Source: Pecten maximus
Taxonomy: Eukaryota
Assembly (NCBI RefSeq): GCF_902652985.1
Contig: NC_047020.1
Coordinates: forward strand, 14,012,001-14,076,000
Reading direction: 5' to 3'
Length of the DNA: 64,000 bases
Below, piece by piece: positions 14,153-26,305 of this stretch. A program made the translations under genes and the position numbers. The notes beneath the pieces are model-generated. The model did no database searches, was not told where the DNA came from, and saw nothing but the letters and a program-made list of their open reading frames with translations. Numbering within the stretch: the stretch's first letter is position 1; every line of letters starts with the position of its first letter.

Positions 14153-14288
14153 CTGGTGTGTACAGAAACATCATCTTGACGTAGCCATCCTCCTCGATGA
14201 CCCCAAGTAGCTCTGGAACAATGAGCACCTTTCCTCCAAACTCCAGGTAAAACAGAAGCTCCTGATCAAGAAAACATTTTGACTTCCG
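14153..14288 (-). CDS. Pseudokinase exon, subdomains III-V
   Basis: cccag|RKSKCFLDQELLFYLEFGGKVLIVPELLGVIEEDGYVKMMFLYTP|gtaggt resembles NIK FRAEEL...IVPLYGAVREGPWVNIFME. Confidence 0.85.
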
Positions 14289-14504
14289 CTGGGAAACAAA
14301 TTTTGAATAGTAAATATCTCAAGTCTTGTATATTACTAGTGTCATTACAATATACTTATCTGTTCACAGAGTGAAAATAAGTGCTTGGACAGTAGCCTAA
14401 GTAATATTATTCCATTATCATGCCGTTCATTAAATGTTATGTATTGTTCAGTCATATATCTATACATATCATCTGCGAGATCATTGTGCTTTATTTATTA
14501 TTAA

Positions 14505-15033
14505 ATTGTTATATTTAGAAAACAATAAATTTCAGATCAGAACACAGGACAGCTAGTTATATATAGACCAGAACTGTCACAGCTTGTTATATTTAGACCG
14601 GAATACATGAAAGCTTGTTATATTTAGAACAGAACACATGACTGCTTGATATATTCAGAAAAGAACATATGACAGCTTGTTATATCTAGAAAAGAACACA
14701 TGACTGCTTGTTATATTTAGAACAGAACATATGACTGCTTGTTATATTTAGAACAGAACATATGACTGCTTGTTATATTTAGAACAGAACATATGACTGC
14801 TTGTTATATATAGACCAGAATACATGACAGCTTCAGCTTGTTATATTTAGAACAGAATACATAACAGCTTGTTATATTTAGAACAGAACATATGACAGCT
14901 CGTTATATTTAGAACAGAACACATGACAGCTTGTTATATTTAGAACAGAACACATGACAGCTTGTTATATTTAGAACAGAACACATGACAGCTCGTTATA
15001 TTTAGAACAGAACATATGACTGCTTGTTATATT
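14505..15033. repeat. Intronic minisatellite, 31-bp unit (TGACWGCTTGTTATATTTAGAACAGAACAYA)
   Basis: tgact recurs at 14701, 14732, 14763. Confidence 0.95.
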
Positions 15034-15085
15034 AAAGACAGTTAAGTCAGAGAAACAGCTATGTACATTATGTATATGAACTTGC

Positions 15086-15232
15086 CTCAAGCATGAGAAA
15101 AGTAACAGCATTGTGGTCGTCACATCCACGACATAACGTCATTCTTCCAAATTGATCCTCTGTGAAGTATTTCCAATACTGGTAATGTCGGTTCAATAGG
15201 AATCCTTCTTCTGTAGATATGTTGTGCAGTCT
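15086..15232 (-). CDS. Pseudokinase exon, subdomains I-II; ends in a GC donor
   Basis: aatag|RLHNISTEEGFLLNRHYQYWKYFTEDQFGRMTLCRGCDDHNAVTFLMLE|gcaagt; 147 nt, phase 0/0. Confidence 0.8.
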
Positions 15233-15838
15233 CTATTAGATAAAAAAAATGAAGTAAAAACATGAATCAATTAATAAATAAAACACCCTTATTCACAACA
15301 TTTTGCGGAAGGAGAATTGATTTTTCCAAAACAAACGTTTGGCTTTTTCAATTGGGCGTACAGTAATTCTGATGATTGACTTTTATCTGCCATTATTAAT
15401 TAAACCATTCAAACTTGAATCTGTTATCATCCCATGTTCCTTTTATTTCGTTTTTATCATAAAATAGCGGTTTAAAAGAAACCCTTAAGCATCCAAATAA
15501 TAAGTCACTTGAAGTATTTCCAAAACTCCTTCAAATGGTTCGAATGCCAAAATTATCACCAAAATTATTTGATTCCGAGAACAAAATATAAAAACAGGTC
15601 TTGATATTTTCCAATTTTGCACTGTGCTGTACTTTATGTGTCGCAGTGATAATAACTATGAAAAAAAGTTTTACGACTTTGCTATGAAATGTTTAAATAC
15701 ATAGCAATGATTATTTGGTTAAATTTTGAAAGTTAAAATTTAAAAGAAATTGAAAGTTAATTTTAAAATAAACACGTGCAAATCGGAATAATTGTAGAAA
15801 GTCCTTTCAGAAATGTTAATTGATATTCACGAACTAAC

Positions 15839-16417
15839 CTGGTCTCTTAACAATCCTCTTTGACCTCCGATTGTTTTCCGCTTTTTGAGAAAACTTCTGA
15901 CGTAATATGGACTTGTTCCATAAATCAGCGGTACACCTTTTTTGCCATGTAGATCTACAACGGTCCCTGGTTTCATTTTGTTTCTGATCCTGTGAATGTT
16001 TTCTTGCCTGATTGGTTTCATTGAGACGATACGATCAATGTGATATGTGAGGAATGCATCTTGTTGTTCGGAATCCATTTGGACAGCATTTGAACCTGGA
16101 CCGTGGGAGTGTGCTTCCTCGGGAATAGCCAAAGCGGCGTCGCCGGATAAACTTGGTACAGGATCGGAAGAGTTTGCAGCTACAAGAACATCACAAGGAC
16201 GACCGGCTACAAAATCAAGGGGAGGTGCAGCTTTTTCAGGAACAGCTACAACACAATCACCCGGAAGACTGGCTTCGGAGCCAGGAGGGTGTACAGCTAC
16301 TGTAAGAACAGCTAAGTCGACATTACCAGGAGGACCGGCTACAGAATCGGGATAGCTTGCACGCACTATTGGGACAAGTACCTCTTCATCCTCTCTGACT
16401 GACGTTGTTGGGGACAG
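15839..16417 (-). CDS. Pseudokinase gene, pre-kinase segment (Pro/Ala/Val-rich, ends GGQRGLLRDQ)
   Basis: Open frame (ORF 15827-16366 extends upstream) with donor CAG|gttagt at 15839. The 5' boundary is uncertain (frameshift or 50-nt intron). Confidence 0.65.
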
Positions 16418-16467
16418 CTGGTTTTCATTTGTCAGAAGGGCATCAGCCGCCCGTCCAGAGTACTTAC

Positions 16468-18030
16468 CATGTATGTGTTCAAAGTGGGTGTGATTGGACG
16501 AATTCCAGCATCATAATATGATATCGCTACCTCCTTCAGACTGTTTGAAATTTTGCTCTTTTCGGTAGACACAGAATGTCTACGTAAGTTTGTTTGCTTT
16601 GAAAAGGGTAACAAAGCATTCCATAACATTCCACTCATAATTCTTTGTAGTTCAAACACAATACAAACGATCACACATGTCATTTGTAAGCTGAGTCCCG
16701 ATTCGATGGATGATGTGATCTGGTCTATCACAGTGCTATTTTTCAGGTTTTTGTGACTTTGCTCATAATCTTCGGTGGTGTTTTGTATGATTCCTGCTAT
16801 AGATATCATCTTATCGGTCTGTTGTGATCGCATCACTGCCAGCCATCGAAAACATTCATCTCGAAATCTCAAAATATTTTCCATTTCGCCATGTTGAAAT
16901 TTCGCCGAGGCGTAATTTCCGCTAAATGCTTTTGGTGACATGCTTTTCGTACTGGTTATAGTTGTTTCCAACCTGTCTCCAAGTAAAAAATTCCTTTTTG
17001 CATCAGTCTGAGGAAAATTTTTGAGACGTTCCACCGGATCCACGAGAACAGTTTCATCCATGGAAATACCTGGTGATTGTCCGTCAGTGCGTGCACACAT
17101 AGAGTCAGCATCAAAGTCTCTACCAAGGACGTCAGCATCATCTTCCAAACGATCTTCAGGTATATCGGTTTTGATAAATGGATTTTTGATTGGAATGATG
17201 TCATTCCTGCTGATTGGTAACAAATCAGCAGCTTCTTCCGAAGTAACTTTCCCCTTTCCAACAATTGCTCTCGGGTCGACAGTATGTGACATCTCCTTCT
17301 CTTCAGGCGAGCGCAATGTTCCAGCTGCTCTCTCGAGAGACATGCTCCTCTTACTGCTAGCATTTGTTTTCAACCTGCCGTCCAGTAATATATTTCTTTC
17401 CTTGTCTGTCTGAGGAACATTTTTGAGACGTTCTAATGGGTCCATGAGAATAGTTTCATCCATAGAAATACCTGATGATGGCCCGTCAGTTTGTGAATCC
17501 CACATGCATTCAGCCTCGGCAATATCAAAGTCTCTATCATTTTCTTTATCCAGGAAGTAAGCGCCATCTTCCGAACCGTCTTCAGATACATCAGTTTTGG
17601 TAAATGGATGTTTAACTGGAGTGATCTCATTCGTCTTCATTGACAAGACAGCATCATCTTCCGATGTAACTTTCCCTGTCCCAACATCTGTCCCCAAACC
17701 CTCGGTATGGGATATATCCTCATCTCCAGGCCAGTGATTGCTTTTAACAGATTCATCTTGGTTATCTCCAAGGTATTTTGAGTTTTTTGTAGCCTCTGTT
17801 TTCCCAATGATGTAGCATCCGTCGTAAATATCATTTTCCGGTGATATGAAGTTCAACGAACCATTGAAGTCAGATCCATTTTCAGGTGGTTCCCAGATGT
17901 CCGTTCGATAACGTACTAGTCCTTCATACACGTCTTGCTCACTGTATTTGACACTGTTGGTAAATTCCCACTTATCACCCCCGCTGCCTTTCTTTTGCGT
18001 CACCTCTTTTCTAGCCGGTTCACTCATCAT
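16468..18030 (-). CDS. Pseudokinase gene, large N-terminal exon (acidic low-complexity, internal duplication, hydrophobic segment)
   Basis: 532-aa ORF; acceptor ttacag| at 18070, in frame with ATG 18030; perfect donor ATG|gtaagt at 16468. Confidence 0.75.
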
Positions 18031-19174
18031 CGCTAACTTGATATACCCATCTTTTGGTTCACTATATCCCTGTAATACAATACCAACAGTACATTATTTT
18101 ATCTATTGTCCCTTATAAATAGTAAAACTCCTCATGTTTATATATATCTATCTAATTTATTTCATTTCTGTTTGCTAGTATGCTCATCATTTACTCAGAT
18201 TCAAATGAATTCGACTTTGATACCCGTATCTATGCTTGTTGATTGAAATTATATAACATGATTGTCCCAAACGTACAAAACAATTATCCTTCTTTAACAC
18301 ATCTAATTCAATGTAGATTTCCAATGCATGAGTAATACAATTATTTTATTAGCTATGATTCGATTGACCGTTTCTTAGTCAAGCGTACCTCTGGAAGAAA
18401 AGGGGGGAAAGTTGAGAGAAAGCAAAGCAGAATTTGACAAAAATAATTGTCACACTACTTCAGCTACATTAGATGCAGACAAGGAATGTCAAAAACCTCT
18501 GAAGAAAACGTGATGCTTAGGTGTATATTGACAAGGCGTCCATGGGCCACCGTCATTGTAATGGTGTAGACAAACTATTTTGTGGTACTATATATAATTT
18601 CACATAATATATTTAGATTATTTGAGATATATATATTATATATATACATGTATATATATATTAAGCATAATACATGTAATATGTAAATGTCTCTAAATGA
18701 ATATTGATGTTTTCTATTTTGTCAAGCAGTACTTCGCATCATAATCAACAAATGGAATGACCCCGATATTTGAACCCGGAAGTTATTCTACAGCGTACTT
18801 CGGTTGTTTATTTCCGCTATAAAGGGAAGTTTTTACGTAATAAAGGGGAAGTTTTACACATCTTTCCCCGTTCCTTCAAGTAGGCATCGTGATGTTTCAT
18901 GAAACATTTTCTTTAGATTGGTAAGTACATATTGTTTTAATGTTTTTGTACAATTGTACAACTATTCTGGAATTTTAACCATGGCGTTTCGGCAACTTCA
19001 GCTAGTCACTATCTTCTAGTGACCAGTGCACCGTATGTACATAGACTATCAGCAGTTTTTATCAAGTATTAACAATTTAAAAAATTACAATACTATATCA
19101 AATTTTTACGTATTATTTTATTTGTAATTTTATAGTCAGGGGCCAGTCTAGGTACATGTACAGGGCGCGACGAA

Positions 19175-19500
19175 TTACCCAAATCTACCCAAATCCACCT
19201 AAATCTACCCAAATCCACCTAAATCTACCCAAATCCACCCAAATCTACCCAAATCCACCTAAATCTACCCAAATCCACCCAAATCTACCCGAACCCACCC
19301 AAATCCACCCAAATCCACCTAAATCTACCCAAATCCACCCAAATATACCCAAATCTACCCAAATCCACCCAAATCTACCCAAATCCACCCAAATCTACCC
19401 AAATCCACCCAAATCCACCCAAATATACCCAAATCCACCCAAATATACCCAAATCCACCCAAATATACCCAAATCTACCTTAATCTACTATGTAAATCTA
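19175..19500. repeat. 10-bp tandem repeat AAATCYACCC, ~30 copies
   Basis: Directly visible; inverted copies at 20427-20463. Confidence 0.95.
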
Positions 19501-20499
19501 ACAAAATCATACTTAGAGCTTATAATTTGGGACAGTGAACTTGTAAAATCAATATTTTAGTGCACCATTGTCGCGTAAAGCAATTTTCAGTTTGACCATT
19601 ACCCTCCTCGTGGATCCGCCTTCCAGACCCATGTGTTAACATGGACAGACAAAATGATTAAAGCGAGCGGGGGTGTAAATATGCGTATGGACAAGTTTTA
19701 CCTTACAGACAGCTAGTATCGTTGACATATATCTTGTAAAAGTAAAAATCATACAGTTTAGAGCAGTTGTAAGTATTGTATGAAAGACATTAAGACAATA
19801 TGATATATATATGAATATATATAAGTAGACATTTTCAGTTATAAGGTAGTTTTTACAAGATATGTATAAAGTGACGTTTACATTAAAAAATACACGTTTT
19901 AAATTCAATATTTATCTATTGTTTTAAATTCGATATTTATCTATTCTCAATTGTTCTTTTATTTTTTTTATCAGAAACGAATATTATTTAATATAATAAA
20001 CTTTACAAAATCAAAAATATGCAATTGTACGTTCTAGAATTACGGAATAAAAAAAAATATCTTTAAAAACTGATGAGAAACGTGGGCGGAACACCTGACA
20101 CCTATCAGAAATATATATAAAAAAAAACTAATTCAATATTTTAAATGTCTATTTTTTGTTTATGCCTATTTCAATGTAATCAGTCAGTTGGCAATGAAAT
20201 ATGTTTAAAGTCAATCCATTTGAAAAGAAAATTAAACAAAAATACGAATATTACGACCCGTGCCAACATGTTAGCAGTCTTATAAGGGAGGTAACCCCTA
20301 CTTAATTTTGAATTTTAAACCAATCGACAAAGACCGTACGTAATAGGCCTAATCATTATAAAATGTTAAAAACATCTTTTTGATACGTTATTGATGTAAT
20401 GTATATCATTTTGTGTGGAATATATTGGTAGATTTGGGTGGATTTGGGTAGATTTGGGTAGATGTGTGCACACTGATATATTCGATGAATGAAATTATA

Positions 20500-22275
20500 C
20501 TCTACAATCTTATACCTTTGGGTGTATTGTATTCTGCTATGGTTTACACTGTAATCGTATGTACACTGTGGTGTTTGATGAACGAGTTTGACACTATAAT
20601 GTTATGAACACTTAGATGTTTTATGGACGAGATCGAACACTGAAATGTTCTGTACAATGGGATGTTTTATGGACTAGATCGAACACTGAAATGTTCTGTA
20701 CAATTGGGTGTTTGATGGACGAGATTTTTACACTGTAGTGTTCTGTACAAAGGGTTGTTTAATGGTCGAGATTGTACACTTTAATGTATTATACAATGAA
20801 ATGTTTGATTGACGAGATTGTACATTGTAATTTTATGTATATTGAGATATTTGACGGTTGATACTGTAACCTGTAATATTCTGTACAATGTTATGTACAC
20901 TGTGGTGTTTGATGGACTGGATTGTACTCTCTAATGTTATGAACACTTGCTTTAATTGAGTGCTTGATGGACGAGATTGTATTCTGTAATGTTATGTTTA
21001 CTGGAGTGTTTCAGGGACGAGATTGTATTCTGTAATGTAATGTTTACATGAGTGTTTTAGGGACGAGATTGTATACTGTAATGTTATGTTTACTGGAGTG
21101 TTTCAGGGACGAGATTGTTTTCTGTAATTTTATGTTTACTGGAGTGTTTTAGGGACGAGATTGTATTCTGTAATGTTATGTTTACTGGAGTGTTTCAGGG
21201 ACGAGATTGTATTCTGTAATATTATGTTTACTGGAGTGTTTTCGGGACGAGATTGCATACTGTAATGTTATCTTTACTGAAGGGTTTTAGGGACGAGATT
21301 GTATTCTGTAATGTAATGTTTACTGGAGTGTTTCAGGAACGAGATTGTATTCTGTAATATTATGTTTACTGGAGTGTTTCAGGAACGAGATTGTATTCTG
21401 TAATGTAATGTTTACTGGAGTGTTTCAGGAACGAGATTGTATTCTGTAATGTTATGTTTACTGGAGTGTTTTAGGGACGAGATTGTATTCTGTAATGTTA
21501 TGTTTACTGGAGTGTTTTAGGGACGAGATTGTATTTTGTAATGCTATGTTTACTGGAGTGTTTCAGGGACGAGATTGTATTCTGTAATGTTATGATTACT
21601 GGAGTGTTTCAGGGACGAGATTGTATTCTGTAATGAAATGTTTACTGGAGTGTTTTAGGGACGAGATTGTATACTGTAATGTTATATTTACTGGGGGGGG
21701 GGGGGGATGTTTATTGGAGTGTTTTAGGGACGAGATTGTATTCTGTAATGTTATGTTTACTGGAGTGTTTCAGGGACGAGATTGTATTCTGTAATGTTAT
21801 GTTTACTGGGGGGTTTTAGGGACGAGATTGTATTCTGTAATGTAATGTTTACTGGAGTGTTTCAGGGACGAGATTGTATTCTGTAATGTAATGTTTACTG
21901 GAGTGTTTTAGGGACGAGATTGTATACTGTAATGTTATATTTACTGGGGAGGTTTAGGGACGAGATTGTATTCTGTAATATTATGTTTACTGGAGTGTTT
22001 TAGGGACGAGATTGTATTCTGTAATGTTATGTTTACTGGAGTGTTTCAGGGACGAGATTGTATTCTGTAATGTTATGTTTACTGGGGGGTTTCAGGGACG
22101 AGATTGTATTCTGTAATGTTATATTTACTGGAGTGTTTCAGGGACGAGATTGTATTCTGTAATGTTATATTTACTGGAGTGTTTCAGGGACGAGATTGTA
22201 TTCTGTAATGTTATGTTTACTGGAGTGTTTCAGGGACGATATTGTATTCTGTTATGTCATGTTCACTGGGGTGAT
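20500..22275. repeat. 46-bp minisatellite (GGGACGAGATTGTATTCTGTAATGTTATGTTTACTGGAGTGTTTYA); homogeneous 20970-22270, degenerate to the left
   Basis: ggacgag recurs at 21061, 21107, ... Confidence 0.95.
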
Positions 22276-23429
22276 TGATTAATCTCCCTTCTTTGAACCG
22301 TTTATAGCTTTTTTCAACATGACTTCAGACAGTATTGTTCATTGATATCTAATCGATTGTGTTGGCTGTTATGAAATGAATTTGACAATACAGTCTTTGT
22401 CAGCAAAAGTGGTCGATTTGCATAAGCGTTTACACAAAAGATGTATTGGTCATGTGACAAGATATCAAACATATTGACATTACATTCATTTTGATCAAAA
22501 CACCACTTTCCTTTCTCACACTTTTAGAGTTTAACATCAGTGTTGATAACGAATGTTATGAAGTATATTCGTATACACAAAACGTTCAATGACAAGTATA
22601 CAATTTAATTCTGGCTATGTTAATTTATACAATATTTTAAACAATAACTACAATATACATCGGTATCTTTGATAACAATCATATGCTAGAACATCTTACC
22701 TGTTTTAATAGTAAGAAATGATTGATAATTCTCAATTCTTTCTTCGAACGTCAATCATTAATGGTTTACTTTCGTTTTAGCTGGTTTATCCAATTTGTAA
22801 AATTCCGGGTATCATTTTTTTTTATTTCATGCAATTTTAATGACAAAGCTGTTATCAGTCAATTAGATAGAATAACGAGCAAACCTATTTTATTTTCCCC
22901 AGTGAAATGGTCAAAGTACATGTAGGAAAAATAATCAGAAAATATTTCAGACATATCGGGAATGGGGGGAAAACCACGAACTTATAACAACACAAAGGTA
23001 AGGGGAAGTAACTTAAGAATGAAACATCTCACAACCTCCTCCACACTTACAGGGAACAACCAACCAATTGAAAAAATAGATTTTTGAAACATCCCCTGTG
23101 TATAGAAAGTTGAGCCAAGGATAAAATTCTGGCAGCCACTGATTGGCCAGTATGTTATGAAGTAAGAAAATAGATATGTAGCCTGATAGGTAACTATCCA
23201 TAAGAAATGTTGATATAAATTTCGTTAGCCCGATTTAATGTTTTTCCCAAAAGTTCAGGTAATAATAATCAACAGGTAAACATTTAAGATTTTTGAGATT
23301 TTTTACTGCGAAATTCACCCATTTTCAAAATGGCTACCTGGAGAAAATTTGAGCTGAAGGACCGAACTTTTTTTTTTGATAATGTGTTTTATGAGACCCT
23401 AAACTTTCGTTATAAACCATAATTGAATT

Positions 23430-24770
23430 GAATTCAAGAGTTTGAATGAACTACTCCAAAACGTACAAATACATTTATTTCTGTATATTGGTCAGACCAA
23501 ACGTCAATGTTACATATATCGCACGGGTCAGGGCTACCATCAACCGTTACAATTAACAAAAACAGTATTATCTTACCATTATAAAGATAAGTACATGTTA
23601 ATGTATCTAGTCAGTAGTATCATTATGTTTTTTGTTATTTTTTTGTTTGTTATTTTTTTGTTATTTTTTTTCTGTTTTTTTCTTTTTTTTTGCTTTTTTA
23701 GTTGTTAGAAGTTTAGTCGTGAACAATTGGAAACGACGGGCTTTTCCAATAGAATAATACACAGCGTGTAGTATTTGTCTATTTGTGGGTCCATCCCAAT
23801 CAGGAAAGCCCCGGAGAAGAAAGTCAATATCAAAATGACTGTTAAAACATTAACTATGAAGAGAAGTAAACAGTGTAGTTCTTTGATTATCAAACATATG
23901 AACAAAAATTAGAGTATGTACAACTGGACTAACAGTAAAATAGCCATCATGTTAATAAGAATAACTAGAGGAGTTTCGAAGTTGACATTAAATAATATTT
24001 GCTCTTCTGTTACCTTTTGTTTTGAAATTTGATGCATATTTACCCTCTCAGACATTGTATTTATTCGGGTTTTTTTCTTTTATTTTTCCTTGTTTTATTT
24101 TTATTTATTTATTTATTTATTTATTTCAATGCTGCAGGAGAGGGTGAATGAAGAAGATCAGAATCAGCAATGTTAATTGAACATTGTTGGGGGAAATCTG
24201 TAAAATAGATTTTAGTTCTGTATAATGGTGAGTTAAGAAAACCTAGTTTGCCAGAGAGGGTAGGGGTTATCATTTTGATTATTGATAAAGGGATTAGACA
24301 TTTTGTTAGTAATGAGTTGTCTGCATTGCATGTCTGTTATCTCGTATTACATATAGTGTTTCCCTACCTACTTCATCGTATAGTTTGCCATGCGATACCC
24401 CTGAATTACCATAGCTGCTTCTAGTTGTACAGATTTAAGAAGATATTTTGCCTGTTGTGTAAAGTCCCAAATAATGTCTGAATATTCCAAAAAATTGTCT
24501 AATAAATCCCACAGATATTTTAATTAATGGTCTTCTAATGACTTTAGTTTTGACATGGCTAAAATATTAACTCTATTGTAAGTTTTTTTGTATTCATTCT
24601 GTATGTTCTGTTTCCATGAAGCATCATTCTGAAGTATACATAAGTGCTTAAGTGAGTGTCTAGTTTTCTGCAAAATGTATGAGTTATTTGGTTTCATTTG
24701 GATTGAATTTAATGTCCCAATAGTTGTCCATTCACCTATGTTAGCAAGATCAGTGTTGAGATATAACAAT
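23430..24770 (-). mobile_element. Heavily decayed CR1-type LINE (ORF2 3' part)
   Basis: Remnant motifs LEYSDIIWD, VQLEAA and KLYDEVG.ETL (24330-24500), plus C-terminal DFLLRG...N.QIL.AV...I....RF (23727-23831). Confidence 0.6.
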
Positions 24771-25614
24771 ATAATTTTCAGTCAAACAGTTTTACAGATA
24801 TCCATTTCCCCCCATTATGTATATATTTAATTCAACACATTATGACATACGCCATTACATGTATGTTTACAACTAATGACCATTATACCATATTCTAGTT
24901 TCTTATAGAATGATAACAGTAGAGGTGATTTCAGAGAAGCATGAAGCTTTTTAACAATTGTGGAAATAGCACCAACAGAGCCTAGGTGTTCATAGCATTG
25001 ACAATATTCATTTGATCAGAAACCTCATGTTTAGTGATATTAATGTTGATTAGTGAATGCGAGTTTGGTAGTGAATGGGGGAGTGGGGCATTGGGTTGTG
25101 CTGTCTAGGGTAATTCGAGGTCAGGTGTTAATGTAGAAATGTGATAGTGAAGTGGTTGTTAGGAAGGTCTTCTTTGTCAGCTGGATAATGGTTTATTTAG
25201 CCGTTAGATTCAAGTGGTGGTATAGGAGATGTTGTATTAAAAAAAAATTATATCATTTAGTGATTTTTTAAGATTTGTTTTATATATATAGTTTGCTTTG
25301 CTTTTATCTCACGGATAAGTCTTTTGGAGGATTGCTACCTTGCCGTGGCCCGAAGGCTTGGAGCTTTCCTGGCAGGAAATGTATGAGCTCCTGTTATCTG
25401 TTGGTCAAACAATGTCATTTAGGTTCACGTTGATGAACCAGACCAAAATTAATACAATCCAGAAGCTCAATCTCGAAGCCGTTATTTGCGTCCCCTAAAT
25501 CTGAGTTCTCTTCTAAACTATCCAATAGGATAAAGAACACAAACACAAAAGTTGTATTTCCCAGCGACATAGGCACTGATCTGATGAAATCAATCACATC
25601 TAAAACAAATTCTG

Positions 25615-25919
25615 CCATCATCCAAATACATCAAAATCTGTAAACCCTCACCTCTCCATATTTTAATGAGCGCTCTAGTTACTTTGGTAAAAATATATGG
25701 AGCGGTAGATAGACCAAATGGTAACACTAAAAATTTGAAATATACCTTCTTAGAACCAAATGTCCAAGAAAAACCAAGAAATTTGGTATGAGGTGGAAAT
25801 ATATATATGTGATGATACGCCGAATGTATGTCAAATTTAATTAACCAACCCTGTTTTTCTATATACACCAAAGCCGTGCGTAAATCGTCATATTTTACAG
25901 ATTGTTTCCATAAATGTTT
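25615..25919 (-). repeat. Internal duplicate of RT segment 28533-28840
   Basis: Near-identical sequence, differing by 7-nt, 3-nt and 1-nt indels and a few substitutions. Confidence 0.95.
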
Positions 25920-26305
25920 TTCCTTTTTCCTAACAGGTTTCGACAATAATCGCTTAGCTCCCTCAAAAACATTTTTTACAAGTAAAGAATCAGTGGGAGA
26001 TGTTTTATCCACGATATTGTGTGCCCATCTAATGCCGTATAAAGCGTCAGTTAAACTTCCAACACTACCGTTCTTTTTAACCAAATATGATAAATATATA
26101 CACAAGATGAAAGTTTTAGTCGGAAAAATATCCTCTTCCTCAAAACTATTTTGACACGCCCACTTTTTCCATCGTAAAAAACCATGGCAGTATTTCCTAA
26201 CTGTACTGTCTGCTTTACACCCCTGTAGTAATTGTGGAACCGCCAACGCAAAGTCCTTTAGATGATCCGGAACCATATCGTATTCATCTTTCAAAGCATG
26301 TGCCA
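25920..26305 (-). pseudogene. Tyrosine recombinase N-terminal (core-binding) part; catalytic half deleted
   Basis: KADSTVRKY..GF.RWKKW...SPTDSLLVKNVFEGAKRLLSKP aligns with the copy 2 YR, then jumps into RT sequence. Confidence 0.85.

Larger units (their letters stand above)
7139..22800 (-). other. Multi-exon gene: NIK(MAP3K14)/MAP3K8-like pseudokinase with a long N-terminal extension (span including a probable non-coding first exon ending at 22700)
   Basis: The exons below join in frame with consistent phases. Kinase subdomains I-XI are recognisable but the catalytic motifs are degenerate. A strong donor AAACAG|gtaaga lies at 22700. Confidence 0.75.

Noticed and set aside
19156-19560. 134-aa Pro-rich ORF
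   Set aside because: Translation of the 10-bp tandem repeat
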